DNA from: Candidatus Methanomethylicia archaeon
GTDB taxonomy: Archaea; Thermoproteota; Methanomethylicia; Nezhaarchaeales; B40-G2
Direction: 5' to 3'
Assembly (NCBI GenBank): GCA_029259155.1
Contig: JAPDJI010000014.1
Location: 30,280-94,279, forward strand
DNA length: 64,000 nucleotides
The notes beneath the pieces are model-generated. The model was not told the DNA's origin. It did no database searches and saw only the letters and a program-made list of their open reading frames with translations. Within the stretch, counting starts at the first letter, position 1; each line of letters starts with the position of its first letter. This document shows positions 28,315 to 38,532 of this stretch, piece by piece. Position numbers and translations under genes: made by a program.

Positions 28315-29624
28315 CGAGAATGTTTCTACAGATGGTCAAGAAAGAAATCATGGAAATTGTGAGGGATCCTAGGCTGCTTTTAGGCATGATCCTTGTGCCC
28401 ATCATCCTGCTACCGGTGATGGGCTTAGCTATTAGAGGTGCCATCGAATCTACGGCAGAGCAGCGACAGACGATGGTAGCCTTGTTAAACCTCGATCAAG
28501 GACACCTCGCTGAAGAAGTGTTAGGCACCGAGGTTTTCAGTACTAAGCTGGCTGAGGCAGGGGTTACTTTAAGGGAAGTTGAGGCTTCTAACCTAGAGGA
28601 AGCATTAACAGTAGTGCTAAGCAACAGCAGCTATAGCTCTCTCCTCATCATACCTGAGGACTTTACCCAAAGTTTACTTAACCATAACAAGGCAGAGGTT
28701 AAAGCATACGTTACCATCAGGTCCATGAGCCCGACGAAGATAGCTCAAAGCTTAGCTGTCGAGATCGTTATGGAAGCCTTTGAGCAGAGCTTAACCGAAC
28801 TACTACTTCATGAAGCAGGTGAGGTTGAGCCTGAATTTTTAATGAACCCCTTAACCTCCAATCTATCCACGGTGTATAGGGGGAAGATACTGGAAGGCGT
28901 TAGACCTAGCGTCTTTATAGGAATGGTCACCTCTCAGCTATTTGCCCTAGTTTTTGCCATGGTGATCCTCCTAGTGTTGGCTTCTCAGCTAGTCGCCACT
29001 TCGGTAGCCTCGGAGAAGGAGCAGAAGACCTTAGAGACGCTGCTTACACTACCTGTGTCCAGAACCACTATTATTGTGGGAAAGCTGGCTGGCGCTCTCC
29101 TAGTCTCCATTGTGGGCGCGATCGGATTTATGGTAGGCTTAAGCTTTTACATGTCCTCCGTCATGTATATGAGCTCGCCTCGAGGACTTGAAGCAGCCTA
29201 CATAGCAGCTGCGTTAAGCATACCCATGGAAGGGTACTTGCTCCTAGGAGGCTCATTAAGCTTATCGCTTATTGCATCCCTCTCCGTTGTAGTGGTGTTA
29301 GCAGCCTTCGCTGAGGATGTCAGGTCGGCTCAAAGCTTGTTAAGCTTCGTGTTTATACCTGTATTCATAGTCGCCTTCATAGCCTCCTTCGCGGCGATGG
29401 AGAGTGGAGCAAACCTCTTAACCTGGGGCATGCTTGCCATACCGTTTACTAATCCCGTGATCTCTATCATCTTCATCCTCAACGGGGAGTACCTACCAGT
29501 GACCATTAGCCTAGCTGTGCTATTGGTTGAGACCCTCGCGCTCATCTACTTGGCTACAAAGTTTTATTCCTCGGAGAAAGTGTTACTGGTCAGGTTAAGG
29601 TTAAAGCGGAGGAAGGAAGGTTGA
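28311..29624 (+). CDS. ABC-2 exporter permease (NatB-like)
   Basis: KKE..RDPR, SEKEQKTLETLLTLPV, GKL, multiple TM segments. Confidence 0.88.
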   Translation: MTRMFLQMVKKEIMEIVRDPRLLLGMILVPIILLPVMGLAIRGAIESTAEQRQTMVALLNLDQGHLAEEVLGTEVFSTKLAEAGVTLREVEASNLEEALTVVLSNSSYSSLLIIPEDFTQSLLNHNKAEVKAYVTIRSMSPTKIAQSLAVEIVMEAFEQSLTELLLHEAGEVEPEFLMNPLTSNLSTVYRGKILEGVRPSVFIGMVTSQLFALVFAMVILLVLASQLVATSVASEKEQKTLETLLTLPVSRTTIIVGKLAGALLVSIVGAIGFMVGLSFYMSSVMYMSSPRGLEAAYIAAALSIPMEGYLLLGGSLSLSLIASLSVVVVLAAFAEDVRSAQSLLSFVFIPVFIVAFIASFAAMESGANLLTWGMLAIPFTNPVISIIFILNGEYLPVTISLAVLLVETLALIYLATKFYSSEKVLLVRLRLKRRKEG

Positions 29625-29818
29625 AGGAGGAGATTCTAGAGGAAGGGGAGGTTAAGTTAGCTATGGAGAAGTGTGGGCCTATAGTGTCGAAGGAGATGTT
29701 AGATTACTTTAAGGAGAAGTATGGAGATGATGTGGAGCTTCGAGTTGAATTTATTAGGGCTGAAGGAGGACCTAAGTTAAGGTTTAGGGTCGTAAAATTA
29801 GCTGAGAGAACGAGTTGA
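29621..29818 (+). CDS. Small hypothetical protein
   Basis: TTGA overlap with permease stop, SD GGAGG, 65 aa. Confidence 0.6.
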   Translation: MKEEILEEGEVKLAMEKCGPIVSKEMLDYFKEKYGDDVELRVEFIRAEGGPKLRFRVVKLAERTS

Positions 29819-29824
29819 GGCTGG

Positions 29825-30820
29825 ATGGAGCTTGAAGGAATTAAAGCCCTCATTACAGGTGGGGCAGGCTTCGTGGGGAGCCACCTAGCTGATGAGCTGC
29901 TCAAGACAGCGTCTCTCGTCATAGTTTATGACAACTTCGACCCTTTCTATGGAGGTAAAGAAGAGAACGTTGCTCACAACCTGAGCAACCCTAAGTATAA
30001 GCTGGTTAGAGCTGACATCTTAGACTTCAGCTTATTGCTAAGCTTAGCTAAAAAGGTGGACGTGATCTTCCACCTAGCTGCCCAACCAGGAGTAAGGTTT
30101 TCGGTGGAGAATCCCCAAAGGACTGTGAAGGTCAACGTGGATGGAACCCTCAACGTATTAATGGCAGCTAAGCAGGCAGGTGTAAGGAAAGTTGTATTCG
30201 CCTCTTCATCTTCAGTATACGGGAACCCTTCCTACGTACCCATGGATGAAGAGCACCCCAGACGACCTACCTCGCCTTATGGAGCTAGTAAGGTTGCTGC
30301 TGAAGAGTACTGTAGGGTCTTTAATCAAGTCTACGGGGTAAACGTGGTTTCCCTAAGGTACTTCTCGGTTTACGGTCCGAGGCAAAGGCCTGACCAGGTG
30401 ATACGAGTCTTTGCTGAAAGAGTGGCTAGAGGGGAGAGCCCTGTTATCTATGGTAGTGGTGAACAGACTAGGGACTTCACCTACGTTATGGACGTGGTGG
30501 ACGCTACCATTAGGGCTGCTCAAAGTGACGATGTCGAGGGCGAGGTATTCAATATCGGTTTCGGCGCGGAAGTGAAGATAGTTGACTTAGCTGAGAAGAT
30601 CATTGAATTAATGGGAGCGAAGGGAAAGGTTCAGATGATCTTTAAGCCAGCCTATAAAGGAGATTTCCCTAGGACCTTAGCCGATAACCGTAAGGCTGGT
30701 GAAATGCTAGGATGGCGCCCTAAGGTAAGCTTAGATCAAGGGTTGAAGCTCTTCTTGGCTTGGTTTAACGCTAGGAAAAGCGAGAAAGGAGGAAGTCGAA
30801 GTGTTTCTTCTGCTCTTTGA
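29825..30820 (+). CDS. NAD-dependent nucleotide-sugar epimerase/dehydratase
   Basis: TGGAGFVG, SSSSVYG, YGASK, QTRDFT. Confidence 0.92.
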   Translation: MELEGIKALITGGAGFVGSHLADELLKTASLVIVYDNFDPFYGGKEENVAHNLSNPKYKLVRADILDFSLLLSLAKKVDVIFHLAAQPGVRFSVENPQRTVKVNVDGTLNVLMAAKQAGVRKVVFASSSSVYGNPSYVPMDEEHPRRPTSPYGASKVAAEEYCRVFNQVYGVNVVSLRYFSVYGPRQRPDQVIRVFAERVARGESPVIYGSGEQTRDFTYVMDVVDATIRAAQSDDVEGEVFNIGFGAEVKIVDLAEKIIELMGAKGKVQMIFKPAYKGDFPRTLADNRKAGEMLGWRPKVSLDQGLKLFLAWFNARKSEKGGSRSVSSAL

Positions 30821-32084
30821 AGATGAGTGCTACGTAAACTTCCTGCCGCTAACCTACACTAAACCTGTATATGAACTTAAGTGTGGGGCTTACACGCTTT
30901 GCGATCGGTTATGGAGAGCTCTCCCTGAGGCTAAGGTCGCTTTAGCTTGTAGAAGTTACTTAGCTAAGGTGATAAGTAAGCTAAGGCCTCAAGCCTACGT
31001 TAACCGCCCTGACGAGCTTAGCGAGGAGATCCTGTTAGTTAATGGGAGGGCTTTACCTCTTCAGTCAGGTCTAGCCGAGTTGGCTGTGAAGGGGACAGTG
31101 TGGGTGAAGGATAACGAACTGGTAGCTTGCCTACTTAGCGGTGAGGAGGTTAGGGAGTTATGGGAGCTAATAGAACAAGGTAGGAGCAACGAGTTATTGA
31201 CAAAGTTGAAGGAGGAGCGCGAGGTCAGGGAAGCTACAGGGTTGAGGTTAATCGACCACCTATGGGAACTGGTGGAGCTAAACCCTCAACTTTTAGGCCT
31301 CGACCTTTCACGAAACCCTGGAAGAATTGATGGTGTGGTCGAGGACTTAGCTGTAATTAAAGGTGATAGGTCTAGGCTAACCGTTGAGGAAGGAGCTGAG
31401 GTTGAAGCTTTATCACTCATAGACTTGAGGGAAGGCCCTGTCTTTATAGGTAAAGGTAGCAGGATAGAAGCGGGATCTAGAGTAGTGGGCCCAGTATATA
31501 TTGGGAGAAACGTAGTTGTCCAGGGAGCTTTCATTAGGAAAGGTTGTCATATAGGTGATGGCTGCAGGCTCGGTGGAGGAGGGGAGGTGGAGGAAACAGT
31601 TCTTCACGGTTACACCAATAAATACCACTTCGGCTTCCTAGGCCACTCCTACATAGGGGAATGGGTTAACTTAGCGGCAGGGACCACTAACTCTGACCTT
31701 AAGAATACCTACGGGACGGTGAAGGTGAAAGAGGGAGGAAGGCCTGTAGATACAGGGCTGCTCAAGCTAGGCTGCTTCATAGCTGACCATGTAAAGACTA
31801 GTATAGGCACTTATATCTACACGGGGGTCAAAGTAGGGGTGGGCTCCCATATACATGGCTTCATAACTCAAGATGTCCCCAGCTTCACCATCTGGGCTCT
31901 GAGCTTAGGTAAACGTCCAGTAGAGCTTAGGTTGCAAAGCGCGGTGGAGACTGCTAGACGAATGTGTTCCCGTAGAGGAGTAGTGTTCGGTGAAGAGGAG
32001 GCAAAGGTACTGGAAGAGGTCTTTAAAGCTACGGAGAGGGAAAGGGAGGAGGTTGGAGTAGTTAAAGGAGAGTTTAAGCCCTAA
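30801..32084 (+). CDS. Putative sugar nucleotidyltransferase with left-handed beta-helix (GlmU-like)
   Basis: NFLPLTYTKPVYEL, hexapeptide repeats, GFLGHSYIGEWVN, NSDLKNTY. Confidence 0.82.
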   Translation: MFLLLFEDECYVNFLPLTYTKPVYELKCGAYTLCDRLWRALPEAKVALACRSYLAKVISKLRPQAYVNRPDELSEEILLVNGRALPLQSGLAELAVKGTVWVKDNELVACLLSGEEVRELWELIEQGRSNELLTKLKEEREVREATGLRLIDHLWELVELNPQLLGLDLSRNPGRIDGVVEDLAVIKGDRSRLTVEEGAEVEALSLIDLREGPVFIGKGSRIEAGSRVVGPVYIGRNVVVQGAFIRKGCHIGDGCRLGGGGEVEETVLHGYTNKYHFGFLGHSYIGEWVNLAAGTTNSDLKNTYGTVKVKEGGRPVDTGLLKLGCFIADHVKTSIGTYIYTGVKVGVGSHIHGFITQDVPSFTIWALSLGKRPVELRLQSAVETARRMCSRRGVVFGEEEAKVLEEVFKATEREREEVGVVKGEFKP

Positions 32085-32095
32085 ATGCTTCATGG

Positions 32096-32518
32096 TTAGA
32101 GGTAGCCATGTTTTGTTAATAGTTCTCTTAGAGTACTCGTTATAGGCATGGTTTGTAGATCGCTTAGCTTAACCCAAGCTGCGTCTAGCACTTCAGGGGA
32201 AGGTTTTACCTGAAGGTTTAAAGGTTCTCCCAGAAAGTCGACGATGACGAAATGATACTTAACTCTCCCATCTTCATCTAGGACTATCTTGTTGACCACG
32301 TCTAGAAGCCTCTTTAGCTTAACCTTAATCCCTGTCTCCTCCTCCACTTCCCTTACAGCGGCGTCTTCAACTTTTTCACCCAGCTCTACTAGGCCTCCTG
32401 GAATGGTCCAGAGCCCCACGTCGGGCTCTCCTCTCCTCCTAATCATCAAGATCCTATCTCCATCTAAAACTAAAACACCTACTCCTACGAGAGGAGCGGT
32501 AGGGTAAACCCTTTTCAT
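32096..32518 (-). CDS. Nudix hydrolase
   Basis: GGLVELGE...AVREVEEETG Nudix box. Confidence 0.92.
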   Translation of the reverse strand: MKRVYPTAPLVGVGVLVLDGDRILMIRRRGEPDVGLWTIPGGLVELGEKVEDAAVREVEEETGIKVKLKRLLDVVNKIVLDEDGRVKYHFVIVDFLGEPLNLQVKPSPEVLDAAWVKLSDLQTMPITSTLRELLTKHGYL

Positions 32519-32624
32519 ATCTGTGCCCCTGCGTTAGCCAGATGAGAACTTTATTTAAGGTTACTTTCATAGATACCAAAAAACAGTAAATATTATAATT
32601 CAGGTTATTAAGAATAGAACTTTA

Positions 32625-32954
32625 ATGGCCAAAGAGAAAGAGGATCTTCGCGAAGCCGTGCTTAAGGCCATAGACTATGCCCTACAGCTCTTCGGGGAGA
32701 GCGTGTATCGGGTAGTGTATTATTATTGTGAGGCGAAGTTTAACGTTAAGCGTGATGAATTAACTGACCCGGAGAAAATTGTGTGTTTAGCTGATTGTAT
32801 TACTGAGATTTTTAAGGGGGCCTCAAGTTTCTTGGAGGAGCAGATTATATCTTCTATTTGTAGAAGTCTGAATGTTGACCGCAAAACCTTGCCCAAGGGG
32901 TTTAAGGAAGCCTTAAAGAAGCTCACCGCCTACGCGAGTGGAGCTAAGCCTTGA
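32625..32954 (+). CDS. Small helical hypothetical protein (DUF3227/NitrOD-like)
   Basis: AID.AL..FGE..VVYY, TEIF.GA..LE pattern; upstream TATA-rich region. Confidence 0.55.
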   Translation: MAKEKEDLREAVLKAIDYALQLFGESVYRVVYYYCEAKFNVKRDELTDPEKIVCLADCITEIFKGASSFLEEQIISSICRSLNVDRKTLPKGFKEALKKLTAYASGAKP

Positions 32955-33705
32955 AGTACCATCCTCCACTAACGCATATGGTCTCTCCTGTTATGTAGTT
33001 AGCATCGTCACTAGCTAAGAAGGCTATAACGCTAGCTACTTCCTCAGGTCTTCCACCTCTTCCTAAGGGGATCTGCGATTCAAGTTCTCTAAGCACTTCC
33101 TCCGGGTATACTTTAACCATGTATGGATGTGGTATTAAGCCAGGAGCCACTGCGTTTACCGTTACTCCTGTGCCGGCTACCTCGAGAGCTAAGCAGCGAG
33201 TAAAGGCGAGTATGCCTGCCTTAGTGGCTGCGTAGCAAGCATCGCCGTGCCTAGTAGGCATCCATGCATACACCGAGGATACGTTTATGATCCTGCCATA
33301 GCGCTGCTTAAGCATGAAGGGTAACACGGCTTTACAGCAAAGGAATACGCCTTTCAGGTTCACGTTAACTATATAATCCCAAGACTCTTCGTCCATCTCC
33401 AAGACGGGCTTAGGCTTATTCACCCCGGCGTTATTAACTAGGATATCTACCCTACCATATTCCTTCACTGTGCCCTTTACCAACTCCTCAACTTGGTCGC
33501 GGCGTGATACGTCACAGGGTATGGCTATTGCCCTATACCCCTTAGACTTTAAGTCCTCAGCCACCTTCATGGCCCTACCTTCATGGATGTCGGACACTAC
33601 CAAGTATGCTCCTTCACTAGCCAGCCTTCTAACGGTAGCTTGACCTATACCTGCACCTGCTGAGGCTGTAACTATTGCCACCTTACCTTCAAGCCTTCCG
33701 GCCAA
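32944..33705 (-). CDS. Short-chain dehydrogenase/reductase (FabG-like)
   Basis: TASAGAGIG, NNAG, YAATK, NAVAPG. Confidence 0.9.
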   Translation of the reverse strand: MAGRLEGKVAIVTASAGAGIGQATVRRLASEGAYLVVSDIHEGRAMKVAEDLKSKGYRAIAIPCDVSRRDQVEELVKGTVKEYGRVDILVNNAGVNKPKPVLEMDEESWDYIVNVNLKGVFLCCKAVLPFMLKQRYGRIINVSSVYAWMPTRHGDACYAATKAGILAFTRCLALEVAGTGVTVNAVAPGLIPHPYMVKVYPEEVLRELESQIPLGRGGRPEEVASVIAFLASDDANYITGETICVSGGWYFKA

Positions 33706-33746
33706 GGCAGTTCACCAGTGATGATTTAGGGGGCGAAGGCTTAAAC

Positions 33747-34616
33747 CTATATGTGGTTTATAGAGGTCCCAAGTGAAGCTTTTCTTAAAAACTCAGCCAT
33801 TCTCACCGCGTCCAGCGTGGCTGCTACATCATGTGTCCTGACTAGATCTGCTCCGTTATACACGGCTATGGCTGTGGAGGAGAGGGATCCGTAAAGCCTC
33901 TCCTCAGGTTTTTCTCTACCTAGCAATGCACCTATGAAGGACTTTCTCGACACTCCGATACATATAGGTCTCTTTAACTCCTCTCTAATTCTTTTAAGCC
34001 CGACGATAATTTCGCAGTCCCATAGATACCAAGGATGCTCCGTGTGTCTAAAGAAACCTATAGCTGGATCTACGACTATTGCTTCCTCCTCTACGCCTGC
34101 CAACGAAGCCATTTGTAGGCTTTCCTTGAGAGCTGCGATCACTCTTGTCACCGGCATGCCTCTTGTCGGTATTGCTTCTCTAGCTGAGATTATCAATGCA
34201 GCGTGGTGATCAGCCACTACCCTAGCCATTCGAGGATCTCCTTTAAGCCCTGAGACATCATTGATTATCTCCGCCCCAACGCTCAGCGCTCTTTCAGCCA
34301 CTATACTGCTCGTGGTATCTGCCGATACGGGTTTATCGACGACATCCTTCACTGCTTTCACAGCTTCTACCATTCTTCTAGCCTCTTCTTCGAGCGGTAT
34401 GCCTGTGTCTAGGTAAGGAGCGGTTGACTTAGCGCCAATATCTATGATATTAGCGCCCTCCTCCGCCAGTTGAAGTGCTGCCCTTGCTACCTCGTCACGG
34501 CCTGTTTTAACCGAACCTTTATAGAAAGACTCGGGGCTCACGTTGATGACCCCCACTATCTTGACTGAGCATCCGTCGCCTACCTCTACACCAGCTAGCT
34601 TAGCGTAGATCCTCAC
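33747..34616 (-). CDS. folP: Dihydropteroate synthase family protein
   Basis: INVSPESF, DIGAKST, INDVSG, DPAIGF, SRKSF, RTHDV. Confidence 0.9.
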   Translation of the reverse strand: MRIYAKLAGVEVGDGCSVKIVGVINVSPESFYKGSVKTGRDEVARAALQLAEEGANIIDIGAKSTAPYLDTGIPLEEEARRMVEAVKAVKDVVDKPVSADTTSSIVAERALSVGAEIINDVSGLKGDPRMARVVADHHAALIISAREAIPTRGMPVTRVIAALKESLQMASLAGVEEEAIVVDPAIGFFRHTEHPWYLWDCEIIVGLKRIREELKRPICIGVSRKSFIGALLGREKPEERLYGSLSSTAIAVYNGADLVRTHDVAATLDAVRMAEFLRKASLGTSINHI

Positions 34617-35539
34617 CCTACCACCTCTACCCTAGCTCCAACGTTATCGGGGTGAGCTAGAAAGACTTCAGCCTTACTAAGCGCTCTTTCAGCCTCATCG
34701 AGTAACTCCTCCGCTTTCTTGGTTTCAACTAAGCCGTAGACCGATGGCCCCCAGGAGCTTTGCCCAACGCCTTTAATGCCCAGCGACATCAAAGCTTCTA
34801 TCGCTTCCTGCGAAGGTTTTCCGTAGACTCCTCCTTGAGCAGGGGAGAACATGCTTCCCACGATTTGCTGCAACTCTGTTAACCATTTGCTGAAGCTTTC
34901 GAAGTCGTGTTCCAGTAAGGCTGGTATAAGTTTCAGGAGGATGACGTAGCTAGCTCTATAGATCAGTTCCTTGGGAGGTTTAAGAGACCTAAAGGCCTCA
35001 GCTTCTCCACCTCCATGGAGCCCTAGACCCTTAGGGATAGCTACTATGAAGGACCATTCCTCTGGGAAGGGGTGGTTAAAGATTAAGGGTGGGAAGGAAG
35101 TGTTGGCTCCTCTACCTCCATCAACTATGAAGCCTCCATGCTTGAAAGCATAGGTACCTACCCCAGACCTAGTACCTCTACCCATGACGATAGAAGCTTC
35201 AAGAGGATCGAGGTCTAATTTATGAGCCTTTGCTGTGGCCATTGCTATGGACAGCGCTAGCTGAGTAGAAGAACCTAAACCTACATGGACAGGCGCTATC
35301 GATAAAACCTTTAGCTTAACCCCGCGCAAACCTAGGGTTGAAGTTATTTTCCTAGCGAAGTTTTCAGCATCCTCGGTTCTTAGGCCCTCTGCCTTAACCT
35401 CCCCGTAAGGCTCAGCTTCCACAACTGTGCGAGGCCTATCTATCGCTAACCCTACTGAGCCGTAACCTCTACCCTCAAGCTCTGAGGGGTTTAAGATACC
35501 GAAGTGGAGTCTAGCCGGCGAAGATACTTTGACCTTCAA
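34613..35539 (-). CDS. mptG: Beta-ribofuranosylaminobenzene 5'-phosphate synthase (GHMP family, methanopterin pathway)
   Basis: PARLHFG, HVGLGSSTQ, GGFIVDGG, GQSSWGP. Confidence 0.85.
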   Translation of the reverse strand: MKVKVSSPARLHFGILNPSELEGRGYGSVGLAIDRPRTVVEAEPYGEVKAEGLRTEDAENFARKITSTLGLRGVKLKVLSIAPVHVGLGSSTQLALSIAMATAKAHKLDLDPLEASIVMGRGTRSGVGTYAFKHGGFIVDGGRGANTSFPPLIFNHPFPEEWSFIVAIPKGLGLHGGGEAEAFRSLKPPKELIYRASYVILLKLIPALLEHDFESFSKWLTELQQIVGSMFSPAQGGVYGKPSQEAIEALMSLGIKGVGQSSWGPSVYGLVETKKAEELLDEAERALSKAEVFLAHPDNVGARVEVVG

Positions 35540-35621
35540 CTCAGAAGGGCTAGCTAAACCCTAGCGTTTAAAGCTTCCTAGGCATATGTTAAGCCGCTTA
35601 GTAAACTAGCTGGCGAGGGGG

Positions 35622-36725
35622 ATGGAGGTCAGCAAAGCTTATCGAGATAGGAGGCTCGTTGAAAAGGTAGCTGAAGCTATCAGGAAGGAGGCTCCTCCTC
35701 AAAGGCTTAAGATCATGCATGTATGCGGTACTCATGAACAAGTAATCTCTCATTACGGGCTGAGATCCCTCCTACCCGACAACGTAGAAGTGATAGCTGG
35801 CCCAGGCTGCCCTGTATGTGTCGTGCCAGCTCGAGAAATCGATGAAGCCGTGACGCTGGTGCTTCAGAGAAGCGAGGTGATGCTAACTACCTTTGGAGAC
35901 ATGTATAGGGTTCCTGGCACCCATCTATCTTTAGCTGAGGCTAGGGCGCAGGGGGGCGATGTGAGGATAGTTTACAGTGTTAGCGATGCTGTTAAGCTGG
36001 CGGAGGAGCATCCTTCAAGACAGGTAGTGTTCTTCGCTATAGGCTTTGAAACCACTGCTCCTACCACTGCCAGTGAGGTGTTTAATGGTCCTCCGAGGAA
36101 CTTTAGCGTGCTTACCTCCCATCGCTTAATCCCTCCAGTCATGGAGTTATTGATGGGGGTGGCTGAGACCTACTTCGACGGCTTTATCTGTCCAGGGCAC
36201 GTGGCCACTATCATAGGCACTAAGCCCTTCAAGCTTTTCCCAGAAGCCTACCATATGCCCACAGTCATAGCTGGCTTTGAACCTCTAGACATTATGGTGG
36301 CGGTGAAGCACATTGTCGACCAGGTGGCTAGGAATGAAGCATACCTCGTCAATGAATATAAAAGGATGGTTAAGGAGCAGGGTAATCCACGCGCGCTCAG
36401 GTTGCTTGAGGAAGTCTTTGAAGTTGTAGATGGGTACTGGAGGGGTATAGGTAGGGTGCCGCTCTCTGCTCTGCGGTTGAAGGAGAGCTACGTTGAGTAC
36501 GATGCTAGGGCTAAGTTTAACGTGGAGGTTAAGGCTTCTAGAGACCTTAAGCCAGGCTGCTCATGTCACTTAATCTTGACAGGCAAGTTAACGCCTAATG
36601 AATGTCCTCTCTTCGATAAAGCCTGTACGCCCAGGACCCCTCAAGGACCTTGCATGGTATCCAGTGAAGGAACCTGCAATATATGGTATAGGTATAGAGG
36701 TTACCCTCAGAAATACTTAAGGTAA
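35622..36725 (+). CDS. hypD: Hydrogenase maturation protein
   Basis: CGTHE, GPGCPVC, GFETT, PGHV, GPCMVSSEGTC. Confidence 0.97.
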   Translation: MEVSKAYRDRRLVEKVAEAIRKEAPPQRLKIMHVCGTHEQVISHYGLRSLLPDNVEVIAGPGCPVCVVPAREIDEAVTLVLQRSEVMLTTFGDMYRVPGTHLSLAEARAQGGDVRIVYSVSDAVKLAEEHPSRQVVFFAIGFETTAPTTASEVFNGPPRNFSVLTSHRLIPPVMELLMGVAETYFDGFICPGHVATIIGTKPFKLFPEAYHMPTVIAGFEPLDIMVAVKHIVDQVARNEAYLVNEYKRMVKEQGNPRALRLLEEVFEVVDGYWRGIGRVPLSALRLKESYVEYDARAKFNVEVKASRDLKPGCSCHLILTGKLTPNECPLFDKACTPRTPQGPCMVSSEGTCNIWYRYRGYPQKYLR

Positions 36726-36803
36726 ACTCTCGCAGAAATGAAGAGTAGCCTTACATCATGATACAGTCTTAAAAGTTAAGGTAGACCGGTAGTTAATCCC
36801 ACT

Positions 36804-37022
36804 TTAAGCTATCCCTACTTCTTTTAAGAGGCTCCAGACCTCTTCAGCTTCTTGTTTGTCCACTATTTCAATAGCGTAACCTGTATGTACAAGCACATAG
36901 TCACCAGGCTTAACCTCTCGAGGTAGAAGAGTTAAGGCAACTTCTCTACGCACTCCTCCAAAGTCAACTAGGGCTTTAAGCCCCTTCACCTCTACTACGA
37001 GGCCTGGGATCGCCAGACACAT
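36804..37022 (-). CDS. hypC: Hydrogenase maturation chaperone
   Basis: MCLAIP, GDYVLVHTGYA. Confidence 0.96.
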   Translation of the reverse strand: MCLAIPGLVVEVKGLKALVDFGGVRREVALTLLPREVKPGDYVLVHTGYAIEIVDKQEAEEVWSLLKEVGIA

Positions 37023-37104
37023 CGAAGTGCGCCGAACCTACCTTAAAACGGCTAGGATTTAATTTTGGCGCTTATCCTATACTTGAGCTGTTGAGGGGTG
37101 GATG

Positions 37105-38178
37105 TTACGGAATTATCTCCGTAGTGTTATTGTAAGGCGGGTAGAGAAGTTCACTAAGCGACACCATACCCTTCCGTACAAGGTTTGTTACCTCCTGCTT
37201 AATCTTGGTTAAAGGCTTAATTAAACCCAAAGTGAGCCTACACACGGCTCTAAATCCTCCCATCCCCCATAACCGTTCTATATGGCTGTAGAGGCATCGT
37301 CCTCCGCAGAGATGAAAATAACGACATGAGGAACAGGGCTCCCCTATAGTTACCTTACCTCTGACACTCCTCCAAGTAGTCTCCTCAAGTTTTCCTAGGT
37401 AGGCCCAATCCTCCTCCACGGCTATAGGGCAAGCTAGGACCCTACCGTCAGTTGAGATAGCTACTGCCGTCGACCCTGCACCGCAGGGGGGAACCTCTAT
37501 TGGTTTTCCTGTAAGTAAGGTTTTCAAGACGCCTAGGAAGGGCACTATGCCCAAGACTTTACCTTTCCTTAAAGCATCGAGCCAGCAGTCCATAAGCATC
37601 CTTAAACCTTCAATGTACTGCTTAGCCCAAGCATTGAAGTGAAGCCACCTAGGACTCCATATGACGTCTAGCTGCCAGTGAACATGGTCAAAGATCTCTA
37701 AGGATAAGAGGTGAATCACGTCAAGGTATACGTCGCTTTTTTCAGACAACGTCATCCTTGCTATGAGATCTCCTCTAAACCCTTGTTCTCTCAGCTTCTT
37801 GGCTCCTTGGACTACAGCCTCATATACTCCATGACCACGGTAGCCATCAGTAACCTCTCGCCTACCATCAATAGAGACGAGTACAGTATCCATCTTGCGC
37901 CAGTACTTAGCTGGAAGGGCATCGATGAGCGTAGCGTTGGTTTGTATCACAAACTTAGCGTCGGGTTTTTCATCCATCACCTTTTGAATGAAGGAGGGGT
38001 TTATCAGGGGCTCTCCACCATAAAAGGCGATGATGGGCTCCTCGTCGCCCTTCATGAAGCGCTTCAAGCTCTCTAGACTATATCTAGGTCTATTGGGCAC
38101 CTTAAACTCGGGGAAACTACCGCCACAGTACTTACAGTTAAGGTTGCAGCGGCCAGTGGTGAACACTATGTACAGCAT
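37105..38178 (-). CDS. Radical SAM/SPASM protein, AF0577 (TIGR04084)-like
   Basis: CNLNCKYCGGS, YGGEP, CGAG, CSSC..CGGRC, C-terminal TEIIP. Confidence 0.82.
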   Translation of the reverse strand: MLYIVFTTGRCNLNCKYCGGSFPEFKVPNRPRYSLESLKRFMKGDEEPIIAFYGGEPLINPSFIQKVMDEKPDAKFVIQTNATLIDALPAKYWRKMDTVLVSIDGRREVTDGYRGHGVYEAVVQGAKKLREQGFRGDLIARMTLSEKSDVYLDVIHLLSLEIFDHVHWQLDVIWSPRWLHFNAWAKQYIEGLRMLMDCWLDALRKGKVLGIVPFLGVLKTLLTGKPIEVPPCGAGSTAVAISTDGRVLACPIAVEEDWAYLGKLEETTWRSVRGKVTIGEPCSSCRYFHLCGGRCLYSHIERLWGMGGFRAVCRLTLGLIKPLTKIKQEVTNLVRKGMVSLSELLYPPYNNTTEIIP

Positions 38179-38238
38179 CCTAAGTTAACAGCCATACAGG
38201 CAGGTTTTAAGATTAGTCTCCAACCCTCTGTCGTGATA

Positions 38239-38475
38239 TTACTCTACGGCTTTCGGAGCGGAGGTTAGGTCCAAGCGCTTTATCTCGATGTAGATGAACT
38301 TTTCATTGTCCTTTAATCGATCAAGGTAAGCATTCAGGCAGCTACGACAAACAGCGAAGCGCATAGTACCAGTAGAGGACCTTGAAGGGTGCTGGGTCAC
38401 GTACAGCTCCTCCACGGTAAACTGAGCTTTATGTGTACGGCATAGGCTGCAGAGCATGGTCATAGCTAGCCCCAT
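38239..38475 (-). CDS. Small Zn-finger-like hypothetical protein
   Basis: CSLC...CRSC. Confidence 0.55.
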   Translation of the reverse strand: MGLAMTMLCSLCRTHKAQFTVEELYVTQHPSRSSTGTMRFAVCRSCLNAYLDRLKDNEKFIYIEIKRLDLTSAPKAVE

Positions 38476-38532
38476 CGACGTCGGAGGGTGGTCAGGTATA
38501 TCTTGTACAGCTTCCTTTTTAAGGGGTGAAGG

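Noticed and set aside
36738-36761. ATGAAGA-N13-ATGA after hypD as a C/D sRNA
   Set aside because: No C'/D boxes or terminal stem follow
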